A DNA stretch of 64,000 bases from Octopus bimaculoides (lineage: Eukaryota). Location of the stretch: NCBI RefSeq assembly GCF_001194135.2, contig NC_068988.1, positions 30,855,328 through 30,919,327 on the forward strand. The letters are read 5' to 3'. The notes beneath the pieces were generated by a model. That model was not told the origin of the DNA. It searched no databases and worked only from the letters and a program-made list of their open reading frames with translations. Of this stretch, positions 51,906-64,000 are shown one piece after another (positions within the stretch are counted from its first letter, which is position 1; each line of letters starts with the position of its first letter). Made by a program: the position numbers and the translations under genes.

Positions 51906-52369
51906 GTATGTATGTATGTATGTATGTATGTGTGTATAAGTATAGGTGTGTATAAATGTATGTGTGTATAAGTGTATGTGTGTGAGAGTGTGTGTGTGCT
52001 TATGCATATATGGATGTATGCATGAATACATGTATGTATGTATGTATGTATGTATGTATGTATGTAGGTATGGATGTATGTAAGAATATAATAATACACA
52101 ATTTCTGGAATAAAATATATTCTACTTGAAAAGGATTGAGACTCTGAGATCTTCAAAATATTGCTTTACGCCTGAAATCAATTGTAAAAGAATAAAGATA
52201 TTGTTAAAAATTAATAAATTTAAATCTGTAATTCTCAATGGTACATACATACATACATACATACATACATACATACATACATACATAACTCAAACCAACA
52301 TTTGGGCTGCTTGATTGGACCCTTGATAAGAAATCCGAAAAATACTAACTAGTACACGAAATTTCCACA

Positions 52370-53060
52370 CAAACAGTGATGTATACCGCCTCTACCAAAA
52401 ATGAAAATAAGGTGGAAAAGGCTTAACATCGATTCTAAATACCTTTGAATGTCGCATCATATCCCTTCGATAACATATCTTAACCAAGTGCATCCCTTGA
52501 TCAAGTTTGCATACTTGACGTTAATAATATCACAAGACTTGGAAGGCAGCTTCTTGAGCAACACTTTTTGTCTGATAACTTAGAATACATGCCCAAAGAA
52601 GTCGCAGCGTTCTACCGCTGCGTATCATCAGATGAAAGGATGAGCCTATATGAGCAGAAGACTATACATGGATATGTTACTAAAAAGTTCCATGATGATA
52701 GTAACATCGATCATCAAAGCAGTTTATCAAGGATCAATAGCCGGAAAACTACCTCTCACTTTGAAGTGTATGCGTTTGCAATCCAGGAACAGGAAATATC
52801 ATCAACCAAAAGGGATAGAAATGGAGGAAAAGCCGTAAAGTGTGACAACTGATGCAGACTTTGTGGAGTTCACATTGAAGATATCACCCACAATATAAGC
52901 TGTTGTCTGAAAATGTCATCACAGTATTATCTACTGATGAGATACGACGTTGTATTTAGGACACTCTGTAATGAAATCCGTCGGAAGGATGATACCGAAG
53001 ACAAAGAAATAAGAACCCATTATATGGTGGAAGTCATAGCCACTCATAATAAAAAGGAAT
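52370..53060 (+). mobile_element. R4/Dong-like LINE C-terminal fragment in D intron 4
   Basis: EQKTIHGYV, AIQEQEISS and the CCHC-like RLCGVHIEDITHNISCC motif. Confidence 0.7.
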
Positions 53061-53611
53061 ACTAGCAAATTATATATCAAAAGTACAATATTACACGGAT
53101 ATACTTTCAACTTCAGTGGGTTCCGTCCGGTTCTTTAAAAACGATCATTTCTCTTATAAACGTGCTTCTACGATATTTTTCGTTTGTCCCCAAACCAGAC
53201 TTAACGTAAGCAATTTCCCTTCTTTTCTGTACATAAGATGAGATTAATGTATTTCAACTTCTAATAGATCCCAATTAAGGATCGTATTTAAAAACTTTAA
53301 TGTGAAAAAAATTTCATCATTATTCATAAGAAAACTACTAAAATTTTCTGTCTTCCAAAATGTCATGATTTCTCAGTTATTTCTTTCTTTTTTATTAATA
53401 AGCTCTCAGTTAATCACATCTCTTTAATCTCTCTGTCTTTACTTATTTCTTTCTTTCCGTTATATCGTTCTTTTGTGAGACCGTGTCTTATTTCTTGCTC
53501 TCACTATCCTAATGCAAACTTTACAATCATTTGAACTGTCTTTATAAACAGTATGGTCAACATTCTGTAAATAATCTATCTTCCTTTCGAATCTTCCCTC
53601 AATAATATCGA

Positions 53612-53657
<46 letters not shown>

Positions 53658-53681
53658 GTATGAGTGTGTATGTGTGTATGA

Positions 53682-53758
<77 letters not shown>

Positions 53759-54429
53759 AATACATACGGATAAGCATATATACTCGTACTCATAGACACA
53801 CATACTATATATGTGTATATAGACATACAGACATACAGACATACAATTATTTGCACTCACAAACAGGATGATACATTTTGCATACCATATTACATAGAAT
53901 AAATTTCGTACTTTTCATTTTCCATTTTGGCTTCCATCTAATTACCGTAATTAGAATTTTCTTCATAATCCACGCGAAAATACGCTCCTGAGATACTACA
54001 GTTAATAAATTTAATAACGACTATACCAAGACATGACAGAAGTAAATAGACACGCCATAATACATCGTTTTCTGTTCGTTTCAATTAAAAAGTCATATGT
54101 TCTTTTGTTAATTGACGTTTTTATGGTTCAGTTTCTATATGTGATTGTTTAATCATGTCAAGTAAAAGAAAATGCCTTAGAACTGTCTCGAAGAGGACAT
54201 ATTGACTGTCAATCTGAAGGTGGGCTTCACCAGCGTAAAATCGCAGAAAACCTTGGGGTCCCGCTTTTGACACTTAGTGGAGTGATTGTGCAATTCACCA
54301 GAGAAAGGAAGGAGTCCACAAATCTCTTGTAGCCTTGCCTTTCATTCTGTCTTAGATTGCTATTTGCCCATCTCTCATGTCACCATTATTTTTATTATCT
54401 TCTTCCAAACCATCTAAATGTCTCTCATC

Positions 54430-55000
54430 GAGCTAGCCATCAATGTTCTTTTCCTGTGGTTTATTAGAGATTTCAACTCTGTTTTCTACTATGAGATTAC
54501 TTTTATCAGTAGGAACTGAATTTTCATCGTTTTTCGGCTACTGTTTTCCAATACCCGTCTTTTGATAGCGTCGAGCTCTACTTCTGCAAACCAATGATAT
54601 TTTCTTATTGCTCTAGCTTGATCATATAATCTCTGTTTCGTATGTTGAAACAATCCTCTTTCTTTCCATTGATCATACATACGTTGTCGGTACCCCACTA
54701 GATGAACACCATCTTCATCTACGGAGTTGCTCAGGTAGTAACATTCCAAGACCACAGCATTGTCTTATTTGTTCCAACTACGCTGTGTGTACTGACTCCT
54801 TGCTGGATAACGACAGGTTGGTGTCGGACCAGTATCACTGAGCCTGCCGGGTGCAACACTGTCACCATGGTCTTCAGTTTAATTACTGCCGTTATTCACA
54901 ATATTTTGTTCTTTCAGTGTCACTCAAATGAGGTAGCGATTATCTGGTTCTGCAATTACCAGTGTTTTTTTTGTGACAGCATCACAAGATGTATCATCAA
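54430..55000 (-). mobile_element. R4/Dong-like LINE N-terminal fragment in D intron 3
   Basis: MVLECYYLS..GYRQRMYDQWKERGLFQHTKQRLYDQARAIRK is typical of these ORF N-termini. Confidence 0.65.
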
Positions 55001-55654
55001 TTGAATTATCGTTTTTTTTCTTTTAGTTCTTCCTGTCGTAGACAGTCTCAAGATGCAGACAACTGAGTGTTTGTCAGTTTTATCAGTTAATAGCACCGCT
55101 CTTGCCTTTACCCGAACGTCCATCATAGACTCAAAAGACGATTCCAGACGATAACAAAATTTATCGTTGGCATCTTTCTTAAAGTATTCATATACCAGAT
55201 ATACTTATATTAGAGATCCCATTTCCAGTAGAAATTACATATGATGCTGCGGTGACTTCATCAAGGGAAGGGTTTGTAGATGATCTTAATCTTTTGTGCA
55301 TATTCTTCAAAGGCCACAGTGGCCCTTCTTTCAATCTAAGTTTCAGGAGACAAACATTCCCACTTAATGGGTCCACTGCATAATACAACCCAACAGCCCG
55401 CACCTGAGAGTCTCACCACCCCTAACAAGTACAGACGTAGTTGGCACCACATCTGACTAGGGGAGTTTCCACCCTCTATCCAAATCTACAGGGCCAGAGT
55501 TACGGAACCTAGCAGAAGAGACACCAACTATATGTAGCGGGTAGCGTTTGACCCCCTTCTCTAGTCTGCTCTTTAACAATAAAAGTTGTAACACTCCAAT
55601 AGACAATGCGGTATTCTACCGAACCGTTTTCTTATTGCATGTATTGGTGGTCTT

Positions 55655-55870
55655 ATAAGGTGGCGACCTGGCAGAAAGATTATCACGCCAGGTGAAATGC
55701 TTAGTTCGGAGTTCAAATTCCGCCGAGGTCGACTTTGCCTTTCATCCTTTCGGGGTCGATAAATTAAGTACCAGCTACGCACTGGGGTCGATGTAATCGA
55801 CTTAATCCCTTTGTCTATCCGTGTTTGTCGCCTCTATGTTTAGCCCCTTGTAGGCAATAAAGAAATAAGA
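55655..55870 (+). mobile_element. tRNA-derived SINE, family 1 (further copies ~55880-56030 and ~57615-57790)
   Basis: A-box-like TGGCAGAA, B-box-like GAGTTCAAATTCC, A-rich tail. Confidence 0.75.
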
Positions 55871-56479
55871 AACTTTAGCACGCAGGGCGAAATGCTTAGC
55901 GGTATTTCGTCTGCTTTTACATTCTGAGTTCAAATTCCACAGACGTCGACTTTGCCTTTTATCTTTTCTGGGGCGATAAATTAAGTGCCAGCTGCCCCCT
56001 ACCCCAAAATTTCAGGCCTTGTGCTTGGAGAAGAAAAGGGTCTTATGAAAATCATGTAAAAATTTGGAATTACTATCCGACGAGCGAATTAACATGTGTA
56101 TGTGTGTATGTATGTATGTAATCCAAACATAGCTTGTATGAAAATAACTAGTATTCAAACATGCATACTTTTCCACACACAAACACCCAAACACACATAC
56201 ACTCATGTATGTGTGTTTGGGTATATGTTTCACATATACACACATACACACATATATATCTACATCCTGTTCGTACACGTACACGCACATATATTTACTT
56301 CCTTTTCGTATATAGTTTGCAAAATTCTTTATGTCAATCCGTGTGTTGAAACAAATTTCGTTGTGTCTGAGGGGAGTGTTATATTAAGGCACTCTGACTC
56401 TCTCCAGACAAATGTATATATATGCGTGGGTGTGTGTATGTGGGTGTGTGTATGTGTGTGTGTGTATGTGTGTGTGTGT

Positions 56480-57050
56480 ATATGTGAGTCCAGATTTGCT
56501 GTATTTTTTGACAGTGTTCGAGTGTGTGCCTTGGAGACTCTGTGGTCAAGAATTCGATGTGAAGAGATTGCAACCAACAATGAAACACGGCGGCTATTCT
56601 GTGATGGTCTGGAGAGAATTTTGTAGTAATGGTTGATCAGAGCTTGTGGAGTGTAAGGGAAACACGAACTCAAATAAATATCTGTCCATATTGCCGAAGT
56701 GATTCCTCCCGATCTTCTGCAAGGATAAAATGATTAAATTAGACTATTTATGTAAGATAGGGCTCCTTGTCACAAGACTGCAAAGACCCAATACCGGTTG
56801 GAAGTAAATGGCCTTAAGAAGCTTCTACGTCCAAGCTAATCACCAGATATGAATCCTTTTGAATCCATTTGTGGCATAGAGGACGGGATACTTCGTAAAA
56901 GAATAAAAAAGGCATTCTCACAGCCAGATCTGAGATTACTGCATGAAACTTGGAAGAAATTCCTGAAGAGAATATTCATCTAATCAATAACATGCCTAAT
57001 AGGGTCCTTGCATTGAAAAATGCCAAGGGCACGTCTACTAAATATTAGAT
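56480..57050 (+). mobile_element. Decayed Tc1-like transposase
   Basis: QPTMKHGGYSVMVW, DRAPCHK and SPDMNPFE motifs. Confidence 0.8.
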
Positions 57051-58814
57051 ATTCACATTATAATAATCAATAATAATTTGAATGCATTATTTCAGATTTA
57101 GATAAATTTTAATAATTATATGGGTGTCTATTTACTTCTGTCATGTCTGTGTATTTACGACAATCAGTTCTGCTTAATTAAATTGACGAATTTACCTTTT
57201 CACCATTGAGATTAGCGAGTGTCTCATAGCCCGTTTGTTATTCACGATATAGAACGTATAATCAACGTGTAATTTGAATAAATCAGATCTTGTAATTTAG
57301 CTTCAGTTCAGGTGTGATCAAGAAGCTCAATAATCAAAAGGCTTTCCAACAATGGTAAACCTGTCATATTTCTTTGTTAGACACAATGTATTTCGAATCA
57401 CATCGACTAATAATGGCAAAATTCTATTTGAGTGGAAAAATCATTGAGAATATTTTAGAAAACCAGATACAGCGTCAACTCCCATTTTTTTAAATATTGG
57501 AATCGCATAATTTTTGAAACCCCCAAAAATAGCGTCTTTCGTCCTCTTCCACAAATTTTAGTTCTTGTACTTAACTTATAAATAATTATAGAAGTTCAGT
57601 AGTTTTGCATTTGGAATGGCGTGTGTAGAGTGGCAGAATCGTTAGATCGTCGGAAAAAATGCCTGGGTGTATTGCTTTCAGCTCTTTATGTTCTGAGTTC
57701 AAATTTACCCCAGAATCTATAAAATAAAGCAACAGTTATTCACTGGAGCCGATGTATTAGATTATGCCCTCACAAAACTCCTAGCTTTGTTCTTTAATTA
57801 GAAACTATTGTTGATATTTCTTTGATGGTGTCATACAAGTTTCAATTGCACTGCTTGTTGCATGGTTTTCACTTTCAGGCCCCACATCTAAAATATTTCG
57901 TTTTGAAGAACCTTTTGCTTCTTTTATGATAATATTTCAGTCAAAAACGTTTCCAGTTGATGATCTTTCCTGTATTAGTCCTCATATTATACTCCCGGTG
58001 GGACTCGCTATTGTCACTGAATACAAGACCACTTTGAGAAATCCTCAAATAACAAAGATTAAGATTAAAACTAGCAGGTCACATACTTCGACACAGAACT
58101 ACATCATTCTAAAACGTCTTCCAAATGGACTGCAAAAGAGAGAAAAAGAAAGAGAGAAAAAGAAGAGACAAAACCTGAAATCTACATGACGCAGAACATT
58201 CACAACCGAAATGGGAGAAGTTAATATTAAAATAGCCAGATGCAGAGAAAATTGCAGCCAACAAAAACCAATGGCATCAACCTGTTGTGTTCGTGAGCAG
58301 AAGCGGAATATTACTAATGCTGATGCGGAGAAGGATATCTGGTCAATGGTGTTCATTTCTCTCTGTTTAGATGTCAAAAATCCTATAGAAGGTTTTGGCT
58401 TACCATCTCTATACAGAACCTTTTCTAGTTCATAATTGTATCTTTTGTCTGAGGTGTTATATCCTTATATTAATTTTGCTAGTAAATTCAAACCTTATGA
58501 CGTCACTTGTATCCTTCCTGTGTTAACAAAGCTTTGTAAAATATAATTAATATTGTCCATTTGCTGATAATATAAGCGGCCCTTACACGTTGAAGATATG
58601 GAATACATATCTACACTCATTAAATTATTGCTCAGTGTTTTAGCTTGAGAAACCATCAACGGACTTTTATTTTCTATTTATAAATCTCCGTTCTGATTTT
58701 TCACAAACTTGGTTTCTCCGTGGAACTCGCTGTGTAAAAACGTTTCTTCTAACATTTGCATTCTGTCGCAAATCCTAGTTCCGTTACAGCATCAGTATTT
58801 GCTTTTTGTTATTA

Positions 58815-58849
<35 letters not shown>

Positions 58850-59992
58850 ACTACTACTACTATTACTACTACTGCTGTCACCACCACTACCACCGTCACC
58901 ACTACCACTACCACTACCACTATTACTACTAGGGCCAAATAATGTAGCTTGTGATAGTTTCTTTCCTTAACGTTTTGGGTTCAAATCCTAGCAAGCCAAC
59001 ATTTGCCTCTCATTATTCTAGGGACGGTAAATTCATACCTGTTAATTAGTGAAATCAATAAAATTGCTTACACCCTTCTCTCAAAATATGCGATTATTCT
59101 TTGACTGCAGAAATCATTATTATTATCACGAAAACATCAAATATGTTAACACAAATAAAGAGATAATATATACTCATTGTTGGATGAAAAGTTGAATTGA
59201 GTGTCGTTTGGGAAATAATGTTTAATGAGTTTATCATTTCGGTACCACGATGTAGAATTCGTCCCTGCTCCATTGAAAAAGAATGTGACACGTTTGTGAG
59301 TTGCACTCATCCGAAATTTAACCTGTAAAAGAGAAGTTGACAAGGATTGATAAAGAATGTAAAAGACTGAGAGAGGAGTGAGTAGCAGAAAGAGAAAGGA
59401 GATAATAATGAGTCAAAGGCAGAGAGAAAGAGAGTGAGAAAGTGAGAGAAAGAGAGAAGTGTGGGAGAGCAAGAAATGTTTTAGAACAAAAGACAAAAAA
59501 GAATGGAGAAGTTAGGAAGAGAGAGAGAGAGAGAGAGAGAGAGATAATAAACGAAAATCAAAAGGTGAAATATTTTCTGTATATATATNNNNNNNNNNNN
59601 NNNNNNNNNNNNNNNNNNNNNNNNNNNNNNNNNNNNNNNNNNNNNNNNNNNNNNNNNNNNNNNNNNNNNNNNNNNNNNNNNNNNNNNNNNNNNNNNNNNN
59701 NNNNNNNNNNNNNNNNNNNNNNNNNNNNNNNNNNNNNNNNNNNNNNNNNNNNNNNNNNNNNNNNNNNNNNNNNNNNNNNNNNNNNNNNNNNNNNNNNNNN
59801 NNNNNNNNNNNNNNNNNNNNNNNNNNNNNNNNNNNNNNNNNNNNNNNNNGTATGTATGTATGTATGTATGTATGTATGTATGTATGTATGTATGTGTATG
59901 TAAGTATGTATGTATGTTCAAGTTGTATACATAACTGTTACTCTGTCGAAGGTTGAATACTCACACACACACGCATATATATACACACACAC

Positions 59993-60054
<62 letters not shown>

Positions 60055-60214
60055 CTGTCTAACCACCATCTAACGGTGAATGGATACGTCATAGATACAT
60101 ACATGCAAATATAAATCTACCTATACATATATACAAGCACACACAATCATATAAACACGTATACACACTAACATATATACGTATAATCTTAAAGTATACA
60201 CATATATACGCTTA

Positions 60215-61075
60215 TCCATCTAGACTCTCAAAGAGGAGCGTGGAGCGTATCAGCAGGATGATTTGAGAATAACTGAGGTGATGATTAGAGAACAGTGAAG
60301 GAGAATTTCTTACTGGAAACACCTGACCAAGATGGGGTACAGCTCTACACAGAAGAATTGCGAGAGAGCTGGACGAAATACTGAGTAGTGACGTCCAAGT
60401 ACCGGTCTGGATGGCAAAAGGAAGAATGGTATTATGCCAGAATGACCCAAGTAAAGGGAATGCCGTTGGAAATTTCCGACCAATATCTTGTTTGTCACTC
60501 ATGTGGAAATTGGTGATGGCCATCATATCGTACAGTATCTATAAATATATTGATGAGAACGACCTACTACCAGTGGAACAAAAGGGTTGTAGACATAAGA
60601 GTAGAGCAAGGAAGGTTCAATTACTAATCCATAAGACAATTCTGGCTGACTGCAAGAAGAGACACAAAATGTGGGGATGGCACGGGTGGACTACGGGAAA
60701 GCATATGACATGGTCCCCCACTTATGAATTATTGAATGCCTTAAACTGCTTAAGTTCTCCCACAATATCCTGAGGTTAAAACAAAACTCAATGGCAACGT
60801 GGCGAACTGAACTCACAGCATGGGGAGATAAGCTGGGAGGGGTAAATATCAAAAGAGAAATCTTTCAAGCGGACAGTCTGTCGCCTCTCCTATTTGTTGT
60901 CTGCTTACTACCACTAACCAGCGTTTTCAGAAAGATGCGTGTGGGGTACATGCTAGGCAGGTTGAAAGTAAACAACCTGTAGTTTATGGAGGATCTAAAG
61001 CTATTTGCTAAGACTGACAAAGAACTTGAGAGTTTCCCGCAACTGGGCAGATGGTTAGCAAAGATATTGTCATGG
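60215..61075 (+). mobile_element. R4/Dong-like LINE RT fragment in D intron 2
   Basis: NFRPISCLSLMWKL, EQKGCR, IFQADSLSPLLF and FMEDLKLFAK motifs. Confidence 0.85.
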
Positions 61076-61970
61076 AATCTGTTATTTAAATGAGAAACAT
61101 TTTGAAATTTCAAAATTGTATTACCTTTTCAATAAGCAAACTGTTCCAGTATAAATAAATAGGACTTCTTTCAAATAAGTTTTTGGTAATCTTAAATACT
61201 TTCTGCGGCTTTTTACCTGTATGAACAACAAACGTCAAGCAATGACTTCGCTGTAAATGTACAAACAACATTCTAAGGAAATTTGTTAACATTTTACAGG
61301 GAATACACCAAGCAGTACTGTGAAATTTGATTGATTTTAACATTATTAAATGCAATATAATTTTTTCTTCAGGACCATCTCATACATTATTATAATTTGT
61401 ATCTCCTTCAGAAATGTTAGATTTCGATAGTCAGGATGTTATTATTATTGCTAATAACATGTAGTACTGGGTGACTTTTATTTATTCCATTTCAGAATGG
61501 ACTAAACTGGGCAGGAGCTAATACGATCCATGGGGAGTCGCTGAAGAGGTCACAGGGTATGTGACGAAAGATTTCATGACAAAAGATACTAGAACAAAAT
61601 AATAAAGCTGAAGTGGCGGACGAATATACACTATGTATTTATTTAGCTAAAAACCCCATCCCTAAATATAACAATATGGCATATATGATACGTATTGATA
61701 TAATATGTTATAATATAATATAATATAATATAATATAATATAATATACATAGTAGGATGTGTGCGTGTGTATATATATATATTTTTTCTCAGTGAACAGG
61801 TCGCGTTCTGACAGCGACGAAAATATTTTTTGCAAATTAAATTTATATGTTGAAGTGAATCTAATGGTCTTTGTGATTTAAATGGCTTATAAACACATTC
61901 TACGCTGCAATTATTTTCGTTCCAACACACGATCTCAGATCAGGTCACTTGCTATGCAAGTACATCTCCG

Positions 61971-62009
<39 letters not shown>

Positions 62010-63077
62010 TAAATTATAGGGTAGCAAAAAATTTTTAGAAATTTTATTTACCACCAGTGGTTAGCGAGAGTAAAAAACAGTCAATAGACTATGTATTATT
62101 CATTTAAAATACAGGGATGCCTATAATAGGACATCTAACCCGCTAGAAAGAGCAGCAAAAGACTACATACCACAAAAATAGGGATAATTTCGAAAGGGAA
62201 TGAAAAATAAANNNNNNNNNNNNNNNNNNNNNNNNNNNNNNNNNNNNNNNNNNNNNNNNNNNNNNNNNNNNNNNNNNNNNNNNNNNNNNNNNNNNNNNNN
62301 NNNNNNNNNNNNNNNNNNNNNNNNNNNNNNNNNNNNNNNNNNNNNNNNNNNNNNNNNNNNNNNNNNNNNNNNNNNNNNNNNNNNNNNNNNNNNNNNNNNN
62401 NNNNNNNNNNNNNNNNNNNNNNNNNNNNNNNNNNNNNNNNNNNNNNNNNNNNNNNNNNNNNNNNNNNNNNNNNNNNNNNNNNNNNNNNNNNNNNNNNNNN
62501 NNNNNNNNNNNNNNNNNNNNNNNNNNNNNNNNNNNNNNNNNNNNNNNNNNNNNNNNNNNNNNNNNNNNNNNNNNNNNNNNNNNNNNNNNNNNNNNNNNNN
62601 NNNNNNNNNNNNNNNNNNNNNNNNNNNNNNNNNNNNNNNNNNNNNNNNNNNNNNNNNNNNNNNNNNNNNNNNNNNNNNNNNNNNNNNNNNNNNNNNNNNN
62701 NNNNNNNNNNNNNNNNNNNNNNNNNNNNNNNNNNNNNNNNNNNNNNNNNNNNNNNNNNNNNNNNNNNNNNNNNNNNNNNNNNNNNNNNNNNNNNNNNNNN
62801 NNNNNNNNNNNNNNNNNNNNNNNNNNNNNNNNNNNNNNNNNNNNNNNNNNNNNNNNNNNNNNNNNNNNNNNNNNNNNNNNNNNNNNNNNNNNNNNNNNNN
62901 NNNNNNNNNNNNNNNNNNNNNNNNNNNNNNNNNNNNNNNNNNNNNNNNNNNNNNNNNNNNNNNNNNNNNNNNNNNNNNNNNNNNNNNNNNNNNNNNNNNN
63001 NNNNNNNNNNNNNNNNNNNNNNNNNNNNNNNNNNNNNNNNNNNNNNNNNNNNNNNNTATATATATATATATATATAT

Positions 63078-63240
63078 ATATATGACGCGCTTCTTTCAGT
63101 TTCCCTCTGCCAAATCCACTCACAAGGCTTTGATCGGCCCGATGCTATAGTGGAAGATACTTGCTCAAAGTGCCATGCAATGGAACTGAACCCGGAACCA
63201 TGTGATTGGGAAGCAAACTTCTTACTACATAGCCACGCCT
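63078..63240 (-). mobile_element. tRNA-derived SINE, family 2
   Basis: Reverse complement of the 51119 element head. Confidence 0.7.
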
Positions 63241-63419
63241 GTACCTTCTTCCCACAAAGCAACGCCTGCGCCTAAATATATATATTTCAATTAAAGTGGA
63301 TGTGTTAGATCACAGAATACTGAGTTATTTATTAGAAGATAACTTCTCATATGGACTTCTGCAGCATAACTGTACTCGTGCTTATATAGCAGTTATATAA
63401 CTGTCAGATCCCGTGATTT

Positions 63420-63770
63420 CAACCTTCTTTTGTCTTGAAAATAGCAGACGCCCGCGGAACGAGTAACCAAATACGTTTAAGATATAATGAGCACCTAGCG
63501 AGTTTTAAAAACAGAAATAAGGCAAATTCTACAGGGCTTAGTAGGTATATCTGGGAACTAAACGACAATAAGATAGAATATAAACTAAAGTGGCACATAC
63601 TAAAAGTAGCTAATTCCTATAACCCAACAAACAGACGGTGCAATCTCTGTGTAACAGAATGCCTTGAAACCCTAACAGCTAAGAACGAATTATTAAACAG
63701 GAGATATGAATCTAGTCTAATCTGTCTTCACGATACTAAATACCCATTCTCTAAGTATAATTAAATATAT
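63420..63770 (+). mobile_element. Penelope-like GIY-YIG endonuclease C-terminal fragment
   Basis: RLRYNEHLASFKNRNKANSTGLSRYIWEL..KWHIL..YNPTNRRCNLCVTE resembles the C-terminal part of PLE GIY-YIG domains. Confidence 0.7.
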
Positions 63771-64000
63771 AATACATTACACCTCCTAAGCAAAACTAAA
63801 TATGCATAAAATAGCTTTACTTCTAAGTAGATATGAATAAGACAAAAGTTAGCTCCCTTTTCACCTAAATTTAGGGTTGCTTCCCTGTACTAACACCGCC
63901 GGTGCTATAAAAACACAGCGCATCCGGCAATCACAAACATCACGTGGAGATGTGCTTGACTAAAACTGGAACAATGTTCTTAAATAGCACCCACCCTATA

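Larger units (their letters stand above)
52122..61216 (-). pseudogene. Paralog D, probable pseudogene: exons 61125..61216, 59174..59322, ~53886..53995, 52122..52171; exon 1 not seen (in the gap at 62212-63056 or beyond the window)
   Basis: Exons 2, 3 and 5 are open and match C in size (92/149/50 nt): [30 protein letters not shown]; VKFRMSATHKRVTFFFNGAGTNSTSWYRNDKLIKHYFPNDTQFNFSSNN; VKQYFEDLRVSILFK*. Exon 4 has TAG at 53940-53938 (TGG in C) and TAA at 53892-53890, and its acceptor is ambiguous. Confidence 0.75.

Noticed and set aside
55655-55740. tRNA genes
   Set aside because: The A/B-box-like heads belong to multi-copy SINEs, and no full cloverleaf is evident.

Overview
AT-rich (roughly one third GC), microsatellite-dense eukaryotic scaffold with many N-gaps. 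The SINE, microsatellite and LINE content looks like octopus (cephalopod) genomic DNA; this is inference. By hand-aligning repeated segments I reconstructed a cluster of four paralogous 5-coding-exon genes that the ORF track misses, because the exons are short. Gene A is on + (exons 2-5 at 621-6925; exon 1 lies left of the window). Gene B is on + (14465-23866, complete, 242 aa). Gene C is on - (38990-31379, complete, 241 aa). Gene D is on - (exons 2-5 at 61216-52122, with two in-frame stops in exon 4, so a probable pseudogene). A fifth, coding-less promoter/5'-UTR copy lies at about 26.5-27.4 kb. Each protein is signal peptide + PAN/apple-like 8-Cys module + an ~130-aa Cys-poor domain I cannot name. 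Intron phases (1,0,2,1) are shared, and exon sizes are near-identical between paralogs (exon 2 is 92 nt in all four). The strongest signal is that A-vs-B coding exons are much less similar (about 50-67% nt) than the intron segments beside them (about 80-83%), which suggests diversifying selection on a secreted protein family (venom, immune or recognition protein are hypotheses only). The rest is decayed transposable elements (mariner/Tc1, RTE, CR1-like, R4/Dong-like LINEs, Penelope-like, tRNA-SINEs) and simple repeats. All identities are hand counts and TE boundaries are approximate.
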